A stretch of 64,000 nucleotides of DNA, taken from Gnetum montanum (taxonomy: Eukaryota > Plantae > Gnetophyta). Where the stretch lies: positions 128,844-192,843 of the forward strand of contig MNCI01002568.1 in the NCBI GenBank assembly GCA_015680685.1, written 5' to 3'. A program made the translations under genes and the position numbers. Within the stretch, counting starts at the first letter, position 1. Each line of letters opens with the position of its first letter. Below are positions 52,532 to 64,000 of this stretch, one piece after another. The notes beneath the pieces were generated by a model. The model did not search any database and was not told the origin of the DNA. It saw nothing but the letters and a program-made list of their open reading frames with translations.

Positions 52532-55241
52532 CCAACCAAACATGGCTCCTTCAATTTGAGACATATACTTCTCAAATGTTCCAAGTGCACATCCTCATTG
52601 CAATTATATATTAAAATATCATAAAATAAATAATATAATACTTATCAATCAAATCATTAAGAACATTATGCATCAAACTCATGAATGTCAGAAGAGAGTT
52701 TGTGAGCCCATAAGGCCTTCCCAACCACTTAAACAATCCATCTAGTATCTTGAAAGAAATCTTTCATTCATTACCAAGCCTAATCTAAATTTCATGATAC
52801 TCACTCTTCAAATCAATTTTTTTGAAAATTTCTATATTGGTAAGAATATCACTGTTATCTTGTTCATAGGTCTTGAATCATTTGATATCCTCCATTTGTC
52901 ACTATTCTTCTTTGGCACAAGCATTGCTAGAACTACACAAGGAGCGATTGAATTTATTATAAAGCCATTTGTAAGTATCTCCTTTACTTGACTTTGCAAT
53001 TCAACCCTCTAATTTAGTGTCATTTGGTATGCTCTTCAATTTAAAATGATATTACTAAGAATGAAGTCTATTTGGCATTGAACATTCCACATTGTTGGCA
53101 ATCCATCTAATATCCTTATTAAATACATTAGAAAATTACTCCTTTAAGCCTAGTACACTTGTTTAAAGTTCTACCTAAAAAACATCACAATTAGAAAAAA
53201 TAGTTGATACAATCACAAATCCAAAACCTACCTCATCATGTTCCTTAATATATCACCTCTTCTCAAGAAGGATTAAGAAAGCATTAAGTGACATTTTCTA
53301 CCACACTTATTTAGAAATCATAAAAATCAACTCATGGATTCCATATTCCCTTGCTACACTTCATATATTTCTTGCATCATCAAATTGAGCACTATTATCA
53401 AAATTCCAAGGCCTCTCATAATTACATCAACACAATTAATTGGTAGCACATCATATGTTAGAACATCATGATAACTCATAACCTTGAAATTCAAAACACA
53501 TTGTTCCTTCACCTATTGGGAGACATATTTAAACAACCAATGCATCTTGTAGGGTCTATGATGAAGAGATGTCACTAAACCTAACATAGCAATTATCCTA
53601 AAGGAAATAATATTTTCTTGGGCTCCTCATCAATCAAAATTTGCATCCATTCTCTAATAATCAATCATCTAGCCCCAATTCTAAATATAATTTTCTTGCA
53701 AGATGATTTCCTCTATTCAAATTTTCCATAAATGCACATCAATTTAATTTAGAAACTTTCTCAATTTTTGGCACATTAAGATTACCTCTTTAAAGAACTT
53801 TGGTTGATGGCTCATCTATCTTGAAGGTTTGTACATCCTTACCCTTGGCCACCTTGTCAAGTGGACATTCCCATCGTTTATGTCCTCACTCTCTAAATTT
53901 GAAGCATTGAATTTTGTATGAGTTACTATCTTAATCTTTGCCTCCTTTCCCTTGGTCCTTCTTGGTCTTATCATTTTCATCACCTTTATCTTCCTTCTTG
54001 TCATGGTTGCACTCTTTGTCTTTATATTTTGACTTGGATTCCTTCTCTAATTTGGATCCCTTATCTTTTCCCTTTGAATCTTGTTTGTTCCTACTTCTAA
54101 ATGCATTGATTTCTTATTTTCTTTGAGTGCCAAATCATAAGTGTCATAAGGGTTTAAGGCTTATAAAATATCAATTCCTACTGATCCACCATCTTGAGAT
54201 CTCCAAGAAAGATTAAATATTACTCAGACTCTTCCTAATTAACTTTAGCTTGATGAAAATATCCTAAAATTTAAAGTAGAATTTCTTCACATCCTTGTCT
54301 TCATATCTAAGGGATTTAGCTTCATGATTGTCTCTCACCTCTTCCTAGATTGTTCAAATTTTTGTTTCAACTGGTACTTCATCAAAGACTAATCCCTAAT
54401 AGGATGTCCATTTTAACTCATATAGCTTTGAGATTCCTTTTCCCATTAAGTTGAAGCCAATTCTGCTAATCTAGAATTAGTAACTAGTACCCTCAAATGA
54501 TTTGGTACCTTCTCATGCTCAAAATTCTTGTAAATTACTTTCAACTAGTTTACAAAGACATTGGTGTCATCTACATTGTTGAAAGTCTTCAATTCTACAT
54601 AAGGAAGTCTTATAGCATTTTTGAAAGCTATGGCAAGTCTTGATTCATCTTCATCATCTAATTTACCATGAGAAGAAGAAGTTTGTGATGGATTTTTTTG
54701 GGATTTTTAACATGAGAACTTAGGTTTCTTCCTCTTAGAACCCTTGGTTATGGGATCTAACACTCCCATAGCTAGAATGTTCTTCTTCTCATCTTTTCTC
54801 CCTCTACTAGATTTAGAAACTTCTTTGTCCTTATTTGAATGGATATGCGAATCATCACCATGAGATTGAATATTTTTGGAACTTACATTTCTATCCACAT
54901 TAGCACTAATTTCATCTAATCAGTCTAGCTCTTGATAGAAGCTTATGGTAGAAAAGAACTCATATAGCCAATCCCATGTTGGTGGGACAAGGCTAGGATG
55001 ATGATGATCTAGCTCTTCATAGAGATGAATGACAAAAATGAAATCATGTAGTCAACCTCATTTTGTTGGAACAAGGCTAGGATGATGATGATGATGATCT
55101 ATCATTAGTTGAAAAACAAATTTCATGCTCTCTACCTCTTTATTTAGGGCTCAAACATATTTCTTCTTAGGAGCTATCTAAAATAGGCATAAAAATTCAC
55201 AACTAAATCTAAAAAAAAAGAGAAATCCTATGCTTTCATGC

Positions 55242-56025
55242 TAATCCTAAAGTAGGGTCACTTTGATTTGATTAACAGTTCAAAGGCACCAAATCTAGAT
55301 TATATGCAAGGTAAACAATTACTAGAAAAGAGTAAAACTAGCTATCTTCATTAAATTGAAAGAAGATTATAATTAAAATGGAACCATAACCCCACAACAA
55401 CAAAAACAACAACAACAACACACACACTCAATGATCTTGTAAAGAAGAAGGCTCTACAGTTGCACAAGATTGTCCTCAATGCATAAATCAATCTTAAGAA
55501 TCTCTTCCCTTCTCACATAAGGTTGGCTTTCAACAACCAAGATATAAATACATAAAGACACACGATTGATAAAAAAGCCTCTCTCTCTACTTTCAAACTA
55601 AAAACATGAAACACAAACCATTATTAAAGTTGAATCAAAGCTAAAAATTTAAGGAAAACTTTTCCAAATCAAACTCAACATTCCCAACTAGTTTCCATTT
55701 TGGAACTGCCATATTGGAAAATTTCCGAAGCTGAATAAGATGTTTATAGATCAAGGAAGCTGTCTCTTTGTCAAATGTGAGATGCAAGGGAGGTGTTTAG
55801 TAACCAAGTAAGATATTTCTTCTCTAGGCAAGATGTTTGCTTTCTGGGTAAGACATCTTCCCAACTTGGGAAGACATCTCCCAAGTGGATGGGCTGTCTC
55901 TTGTTAATGCCTAGCTCTTAGGCAAAGCATCTTATGAGTGTCAAGTATGTCTCCTAGGCTATCCAAATCCTCATTTCTTTGCCTATATGAATGTTATTGG
56001 GTTTTGAAGAGGTGTTTCTATACTA
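55242..56025 (-). repeat. 5' LTR of element D
   Basis: Collinear with 38772-39415. Confidence 0.8.
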
Positions 56026-56854
56026 TATAAAATTTCCCATATGGAAATTCTAGAAAGATCAAATCTGTTGGAAAAAAATTAAAGAGAAAAAAATCAAATC
56101 CATTTTAAAAAACTAGATTCACGGAAGAAACATTAGATCCACTAAAAAAAGAAAACATAAGATTCATTGAAAAAAAATCATATTCTCTATGTTTGGGGTG
56201 AATATTGTTAAGAAAGTGTTCCAGTTCCAACACCCTCCATCTACTTCCAATTTTGACATCCTTTCCTCCAACAAATAAAGTTCTAGGAAAATTTCAATAG
56301 GTTTATTGATTGAGATATTATCTCTTATTAGCATATAGCATTAGATCTTAAGGAGTTAGAATCAAAACTATAACTTATTTGGTTATATATTCATAATAAA
56401 TACATATAATTTGGCTAAGAGAATCTAGTCCCTTTATATAAAATCAAATGGATCAATTCTAAAAAAATTGTATATGATATAGGATAAAATTTTGGAAAAC
56501 ATTAATTAGCATAGAATCTATCCTCCTAAAAGATTATAGTCAAAATATGCCTAGATATATACCACATAGTTGTCCATGTTTTGATCAACATGTCAAAGAT
56601 ATAATCACTTTAATTGTATTTTAAATTTATGTAGCAATTGTAGCTTAGCTATGATGATGGCTAGAGGTTTTTTGTTTTTTTGTTTTTTTTTTGAGGATCC
56701 ATTCTTGGAGATTTGAAAGAAACATAGATATTTAGAAATTAGGGAATGAAAAGATGGGTAGAATCCATGGATTCATAAATTTTTCCCTTTCATGATAAGT
56801 ATTACAGTTAAAATATTAATTATCATTAGAAGATCAGACTTCCTAGAGCATTAT

Positions 56855-59800
56855 TGATGAGAGGTGAGTAATCCTAACACTCTACATACAGTTCATGAGT
56901 GTCTATGTGTGACCAAATCATAATCCATGGATGAAAAATGTAATTATGTTAGTAGTTTATGTTAAGTTCGGGGATCGTTGTATTTCCACTTCAAGTTAGT
57001 AAAATATTAATGTATGGTTTAACTCTCAGTGAGGCATGTTATAGATGATGTTGTAGGGCTCTTAATGCTCCTAGTGGTAAACATGATTAAAATGAGATTA
57101 CAAGTCTAAGTCTAAGAACAATGAAAATACCAATCTATCCTAGCCTAGAGCAATGGATATCTAGTCCTAGTCTATTGTACATGCCTTAGGCTTATGTGAT
57201 TACTATTGGGATTACCAAGTGGAATTACTATTGAGTGAATCAAGCAAGACCACTACTAGGTTATCAAGCAATCACACTGATGAGACGCGATATTGAATGG
57301 GCTAAGAACATGTTGTTTACTTTTACATACCATGCTGTAAACTATTGTTGTTCTTCCTCAAAATCCTTGGCCACCTTTTCCAATTCTTGATAATCTAACA
57401 TTTAGTGCATTAGGTTCATTACTACATTGTTTTGTTCCTGGTAGTTAGCCTTTACAATTTCAAGCTCGGAGTTTGCCACATGTAATTTTTGTAAGGCATC
57501 TTTCCTATCTACAAACTCCTTCTCGTACATGGCGTACACGGCTACTACCTACTGTTCAAGTTCATTCCTAGGCTAGCCTACTATCAACATGGTCAAGTTA
57601 GCATATCAGATATTTGCTAACCCCATGTATCCTGTAAACTTCTCAATCTATAGGTCCTTGTTTTTGATCTTGGCTTGGTGGACGTGGGCTAAACTATCGA
57701 AGATGGGTTGCTAGTTTGGAGTCTAAGCAGTGATGGAATTAATTTTTTCCTTCATCATCTAGATTTCTTTCTTATTTATTTTCTTGTACATCCCCACTTA
57801 GTCCTTGTAGTGCTCCTTGAGCTTTTCATGTCTCTTGGCCTCATTTTGTCATGCACTTATCCAATAGCTGACTTTTGCTTGATAGTGCATACTTCTTCCA
57901 TTGCTAAGGTCCTATTCTCTTGAGCTAATATACTTATGTCTTGGTTGACATGAATGAGTTGTTCTCTCAGTTGGTGAATGCTTTCCTTGAGAATTTTTTT
58001 TATTTATTTTTCAACATCTATCAACTTTGTATTGTCTACAGCGAGCTTTCTATTCTCTTCCTCCAATGTAGTGAGAGCTTTGGCACGTGTGTCTCTGAGT
58101 GTTAAAAACTGATGCATTTCACACCAACTTCTCTCTTTTGATCTTCACCTAGACGTTGCAAGCAACGAGCTACCTCACTTAACATGTGTAGTAATTCTTA
58201 AGCTTGTTAAGGGCAATTACTTGTGTAGGGTCCCTTAGCTTAGCTCTTAGAGCTTCCAATTCATCTTGGAGTCTCTACACTTCATTCTTAGCATGTTCTA
58301 CTCTCATTTTAGCCTTCACTAGCTTTTCCTTTGTGGTTATCAAATTTGACTATACTACAATGATGTCACTAGGGATATCAAAAATATTTTACATAACTTG
58401 GCCTGTTTGTAGTAGTCTGTTAAGAATTTCTTCATGTTTAGTAGGAGTCATCGAGGTACCATCTGGCATTTGGAAATCTTTAGCTGGTGGCATAATAGGG
58501 ACATTAAAGAACCCCATGATATGATCAATTATTACTTCAGCTACTCCCACTACATCTTGATGCTACATAACCATGACTCTGGGACCTTCATCAGTTTCTA
58601 GCATTACTTGAAATGATGCAGTGTTCCCTAAAATTTTTTATGTCCAATCTTCCTCTCCTCCTTTTTGTAATGACACCTACCCATTTGTAGGTCCTATGGA
58701 AACTATGGGCCTCACCGAGCTATCTATAACTCTATAAAGATTGGATCCTTCTCTTGCTTCCTAGCTAATTGTATCTACGATTTGACATAGATGCCTCATT
58801 GATGGATGGTAGTCTTGTGGAGGTGGTGGAGCTTGTTGTTCTAGTCTATCTCTAACAGCTATTGAACTACTAGGTCCTACATGCTATTGTTGACTAGTAG
58901 TTGGAATGTTATCGATAGATGTTGAACCTAAAGCTTCCTTAGCGCTCCCTGGATTCTCTAACTGATCCTTCTTTGGTGACATTCATTTTGACATTTCTAC
59001 ATAAGAGGCATTCTAGGCTTTTCATGAAATATCATATAAACTAGGATCCCCACTTGATTACAAAGTTTCCTTATTAGGCAAGGGAATGGCAATTTTGGTT
59101 TCCCCACCTTCTTCTCCTTGAACCATCTTTGAATCTTCAGAAAGATTAGATGTGTGAGGTTGACATTGAACTTGTCCATTAGTATTACACCTCCCTTAGT
59201 TTCATACGTTGAGATCTTGTTGAGTCTTTTAGTTGGGAACAAGTAGTAAGTTCCAATCTTGAAATACATTTTGTCTTTAGTAATCATTTGACTATAGCCT
59301 TTATCTTCTTTGCTGTAGGCCCTTTGTAGCCACAATTTCTTAGCATCTGTGTTTGATCTTATGGAAATTTTTGTAACATTGGATCCTTCATTTAGAATAT
59401 TCAAGGCCTTAGCATTTACCTCAATTGAATATGGTACTAAGACCCCTTCTATTTTTTACTGTATCATCATGTTGTTTATTTTGCCAAAACTGATAGACTT
59501 CTCCTAAATACCATTTTGCATTACTAGATAATGTTGGACATAGTGGAGATGCCTGGAGTTTCATTCTTATAGCTTATGGAGCAAACTCCACGAATGTTCC
59601 AAAGTTTAGTTCCATAATGACTGTCGACATGATGGACTTTTCTTAGATGGCCTATAGACAATCTGTAGACAATGTGAGATGTTATCCTTATTTAGGTGTT
59701 GGTGGCACCTTTGCTTCTACTTGTGTTGAATGCTTAGTGGTAGGAGTCTATTGATGAATACTGAATAATTGAGCCTCTTGCTTAGCATGTTCAGCTTGTG

Positions 59801-60422
59801 GAGTCTGATCTCTTACTTGGCCTCTTCCACGGCCTCTTGATCTTTTGCTACCATGTTGGGAAGGTCATTTGGCTATTAGTCTCTTTGGGACCATCTACAA
59901 TCATCAAGAGGTTAAGGCTACCAAAGTGTTTAAATTAGTTCTTAATGGTTCATAATCCTTTGCATACTCTTTGTTTGATCAAGTTCTTATCTTTTTCTAT
60001 TAGTTATGGTCTTTATTATGATTGTAGAGTTAGAAAATTTTCAAAAAGAAACTCAATTTTATGTCATGAATTATTATGACCTTCTATAGTTATCATTTCC
60101 TTTTTTATTGTGTCCTTAGATGGTTGGTATGGTTAGTTAACAGAATTAATTAAACTCTTTAGCTCAAATTTGGTTGATTAGTTATAATATTCTTGTTGTA
60201 TCCTTATACTTACAATTTATATCATTTTTTGGGTGTTAGGAAATTTTGGCTTAATTATCTTGATGTGCATGCAATAGACCCCCCATGACTAAGTTGAGCA
60301 CTTCGAGATCAATAAGGTTTAAGAATTTTGCAAATCAAAGTTGTTGTAAGGAAGTTATGGCATTTGGATGTTTACTTATTAGAGCTCAAAAAAATTGCAA
60401 AAACTCCTCTTACTTTGAAATG
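56855..60422 (-). mobile_element. Athila-like element 4, 3' part (partial LTR 56855-about 57275, accessory ORF, spacer)
   Basis: LTR terminus TGATGAG at 56855 with family GGATTACCAAG repeats; accessory ORF homology 57300-59894; PPT-like site near 60280. Confidence 0.8.
57300..59894 (-). pseudogene. Athila-like accessory ORF, copy 4 (C-terminus deleted)
   Basis: MVPKR start after TGATTGTAG; YFKIGTYYLFP...PKLPFPCLIRKLCNQVGI; collinear with copy 3. Confidence 0.85.
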
Positions 60423-62721
60423 TGATAAGCAACAAGGTACCCCCTATGCCCAACCATATGAATCACAAGCGTTCATGTATGATCCGGTCAAATTCTATGG
60501 ATGGGACTAGTTGTGGCATCTAGATCATTATGCCTTGATCACAGTTCATTATCTTCCCACTTGGACTAGCGGTAGCTTTGTCACATATGGTTTAGTCCAA
60601 AGTGAGGCATATGATTCTTGATGTTGTTTTGGCCTTATGCTACTCCTAACGATAATAAAGGAATCATTTGTTTAAACTAATTAACAATGGAAAGTAAAGT
60701 CTAAACTATTCTATGAGCAATGAGTGTCCATTCCCAGCTTGCCATAAACATCCTGAATCCAAGTATCCACTAATGGGATTACCAAGCGCTATGCTACTAG
60801 ATGAATCAAGTAATAATGCTATTGGGATTACCAAGAGAATATGTGTTTATCCTTGAAATTGGTCGTGCTCATTTGGCCAATTCATTAACATGCATGGAAA
60901 CATAAATATTAACTAAGTACATGGAATATAAATTGCATTAAAAGTAAATTTAATTTAAGTAAAAGTGCTACAATGAATAAGAATTAATCTTGATCTTATT
61001 GCTATTCATGAAATGTGTCTAGGTACATTGCCATTTGAATAAGATGCAATACAACTAACTTAGATCCACACTGCAAGCACTCATTGACTATTCTCTAAGA
61101 TTATGAAATAAAACTGCAAGAGTTCGGCTACTCTATTGACCAAAGAATTGCATAAACACAGCTATGAACATGTATTTATAGATGCAAATAGACATTGCAT
61201 CGACAAGGCCACATTGACGTAATGGACTACATTGACAGGGCCTAGTTGATGAGGCCTAGTCAATGCAATAGACCACATCAACGGGGCCTAGTTGACGTGG
61301 CCCAGTTAATGCAACAAACTGTATCTCATCATAACCCCACAACTAAATGAAAACTTGTCCTTGAGATCTAAACAAAATTGGGAAGGTATGAGATTATTGA
61401 CTGGCTTTTGACATAACAAAAAAATAAAAAATAGACATAACAAAACTAAGTGCCACATTACAAAATATTATTCTAGTGGATGTATACAAAATGACAAAGT
61501 GACAAAAATAATGGACAAACATTAAAGATTACAAAATTTTTAGAGGTCTTCAAGAATTCACTAAAGATTATTCTTCTTGTTGCTACTCGCGGTGGTAGAC
61601 TTCCAACCTAGATTTTTATGTTGATGCTTCTTTGGTTATGTGGATCATTCTTGAAGAATGGACTGAAATTCCTTCTCATCATCCCATGGATTTAGCAAAC
61701 CTGCGATGCTTGAACATCTATCTTGTATGTGCTATAGTTTTTTTGTGGGCATATCCTCCATTATTCCCCTCTTAGCTTCATTTTCGTGCCTAAAAAAAAG
61801 ACCTTCTTCTTTAGGCATTTCTTTAGCATCACTTATAGTCACCAAAGGATCAACATTAGTTTTGTTAAATTTTACTTAATAATTAACCCTTTTTGGATCC
61901 CTTAGTTTTCATTTAAGCACAAGGTGATGATAGCATACTATGCCCAAGGTTATAAGGTAACTAAAATCATCAAGTTTTTTACATTATTTTGATTAATTAC
62001 TATTAGTTACCATGATGTTTGAAAATAGGATGTTAGAAAAATTTCAAAATTTTGAAGTGGATATTCCTAGCCCCCATAACTAATAAGCATAACTCTAGAA
62101 GCACACAAGTTTTTGAACAATTGAAACCAAAGGTCTAATTCAGAAGATGACTAAGAAGTATTGAACTTGAAGGATATTTTAACAAAAAAGTAGGAAAAAA
62201 GTAAAAAGTAATTGAAAGTGATGAGAAGTAGTCACAAAATTATGCATGAACATGTACTGATTTTGAGGAACGTTTGATAAAATGATGACAAAGGAAAGAA
62301 TAGATTTGGCAATGGAGCACTTAGAGGGTATAAATTGATGTGGTGGTGTGTAATAAGTACAAAGTACAAAAGTCATGAAGTGGGTCCCCCCCAAAGTAGG
62401 TTTCTACCTATCATGTCCTTATGTAACCACAACTAGAAATATCTGTAGGAACTAAAAGGGTTAAATGTAATCTGTACTAGTGCAACAAAACACACACACA
62501 TGTAAATACCATGGTGATGAGGTATGAATTCGATGCTACACAAGACACGAGTCAAAAATTCATGAACATCGAGATGAGGCGAATTGTAGAAGGGATTGCA
62601 AAGATCAGGACATGAGGTAACTGACTCAGGGCACAATGAATCTTGAGTGTCAGGCGTGATTAATGTGGCATTAGCTTGTCACTCCAAAATCAATACCAAG
62701 TCCATTCCTCCGATTAGTGAC
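60423..62721 (-). mobile_element. Athila-like element 5, 3' part (LTR 60423-61331, PPT, very short accessory-ORF remnant, spacer) nested in element 4
   Basis: LTR TGATAAG...CTCATCA; PPT TTTAGTTGTGGGGTTA at 61332-61347; 62380-62720 closely matches 48785-49120. Confidence 0.82.
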
Positions 62722-64000
62722 TGAAACACTATGGAAATTGTGAATCGGCCTCAGGTGAAGATTGACGATTCAGGCAAAAGTTCGTGATAGAATTCCAGAA
62801 GGTAGAACAAGGCAAAGCAAGGCGAAACGGCGCCCGGCATCAAGTCTCCAACTTCCTTACAAATTCCAATTTTACTATGTTTTTTGTCTTTACGCTACAT
62901 TACGCAACATAGCGTAATGACGGTTAGCGTAATTCTGCTTAACATAGTCTGACATCAGGAGGTGACTTACTTCAACAGATTTGGTGGCCTGAGCAACGTA
63001 ATATGCGACTTCTCGCATATCCTGTTAAGTCTTTTGTCCAGGGTTGGATTCACGCTCTGTTATGCAAAGTAGTGTCATGAGCTTCAAAAGGGTCAAAGGG
63101 AAAGTCCAAAGGAAGCGCAACAGATCGGCTTCTTTCTTTTTGCAGATTGATCGCCTTACACTCATTACACTACGCAGCGTACGTCAGCATAATTTATTGT
63201 TGAGTTGATCATTTTTTACGCTTCAGTATGCTTTGCTACATAAATGAGCGTAAAACAGCTTGACTCACTATTTCCATGCTTTGTTACGCTCTGCCACGCG
63301 ACGCAACGTAAACAAGTGTAATACAGCGTAAAGCCGGCTAAAGCACTTACGCATTTGTTCTCCATACGCGCAATACGCTGATAAGCATATTGTGCATAAT
63401 CATGAAGCAGCTTCGGTAAAAGTGTTGACAGCGTATGTTGCAATGTGACGTGACATAGCCAGTTCGTCAAGTCAATGGCACCCGGAAACTTTGGGACACG
63501 TGTCATCAAGGCCGTGCCTTTTCTGCATGTTATAAATACCCTAGTTGGAAAAGAAAGGCGAGGGACGGCTGGACATTTTGGAGAGAGGAGCAGCGGCTGG
63601 CATCTTCAACTTTTGGCAGTTATCATCCTTGAGCAGAAATAAGAGACATTTTCAAGCATTTGGCAGCAGGAGCGATCATACCTTTTGGCGAAAATACAGT
63701 TCTCCCATTGGTGATCCTTGGTAGTTTTGAGCAGAGACTACCTAAAGCGAAGAAGATAGATCAGAGATCGAGAGATCATCTGGTGCGGTTGGCAAGATCT
63801 ATTGATCAGACACAGTTGGTTAATAGACATCCGAGCTTGACCTTCCTTGCACTCCGTCTTTGGCTTACAAGGTAGACTGAGCTTCATTTTGCACTCCTTG
63901 TTAAACTATTTTTCTTATTATTTTGTGTATGTTTCGCATAAGATAATCGGAGTCTTCCCATTGTAATTTTGTATACAAGATACTCGTTCTTTCGGGTCAA
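62722..64000 (+). mobile_element. Young CpG-rich LTR-like sequence of a different family, running off the window
   Basis: Athila spacer homology stops at 62721 and new sequence starts TG(AAAC); TTACGC/GCGTAA repeat array, TATAAATA at about 63531, purine-rich R-like region. The other end is not visible. Confidence 0.65.

Larger units (their letters stand above)
38772..56025 (-). mobile_element. CRM-like chromovirus Ty3/Gypsy element D, carrying two nested insertions
   Basis: LTRs 38772-39415 and about 55242-56025; gag about 53800-54950; PR and RT 52537-53700; RT-RH 43880-44646; INT 39616-40580 (KKMGPL...INNNIFEI...FNVVDLVHY); chromodomain-like tail. No TSD recognised. Confidence 0.8.

Noticed and set aside
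56040-56850. Possible LINE 3' (zf-RVT-like) remnant
   Set aside because: Too degraded; only a CPC-like fragment, not enough to assign.

Overview
AT-rich, repeat-dominated land-plant nuclear DNA (draft assembly: N-run at 44971-45027, single Ns at 5033, 51102, 52120). One clear host gene is present: a minus-strand, kelch-extended plant guanylate kinase (10 coding exons, 29785-32044, 401 aa by my splice model) in a CpG-rich island. Almost everything else is nested, mostly pseudogenised retroelements: L1-type LINEs, an RTEX-like LINE, CRM-like chromovirus Ty3/Gypsy copies, a Tat/Ogre-like gag-PR remnant, and at least five Athila-like Ty3/Gypsy copies (TGATGAG...CTCATCA LTRs, tRNA-Asp PBS). The most interesting system is in the Athila-like family. 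It carries a ~930-codon sense accessory (env-position) ORF with an LPFPCLIxKLC domain and a long coiled coil but no visible transmembrane segment. This ORF is preceded in four diverged copies by a splice-acceptor-like TGATTRYAG|ATG, plus conserved spacer motifs and extra PPT-like sites. One complete TSD-flanked copy (44647-52531) keeps gag and this ORF but has no pol. All alignments were done by eye; family assignments are from motif recognition, not database searches.
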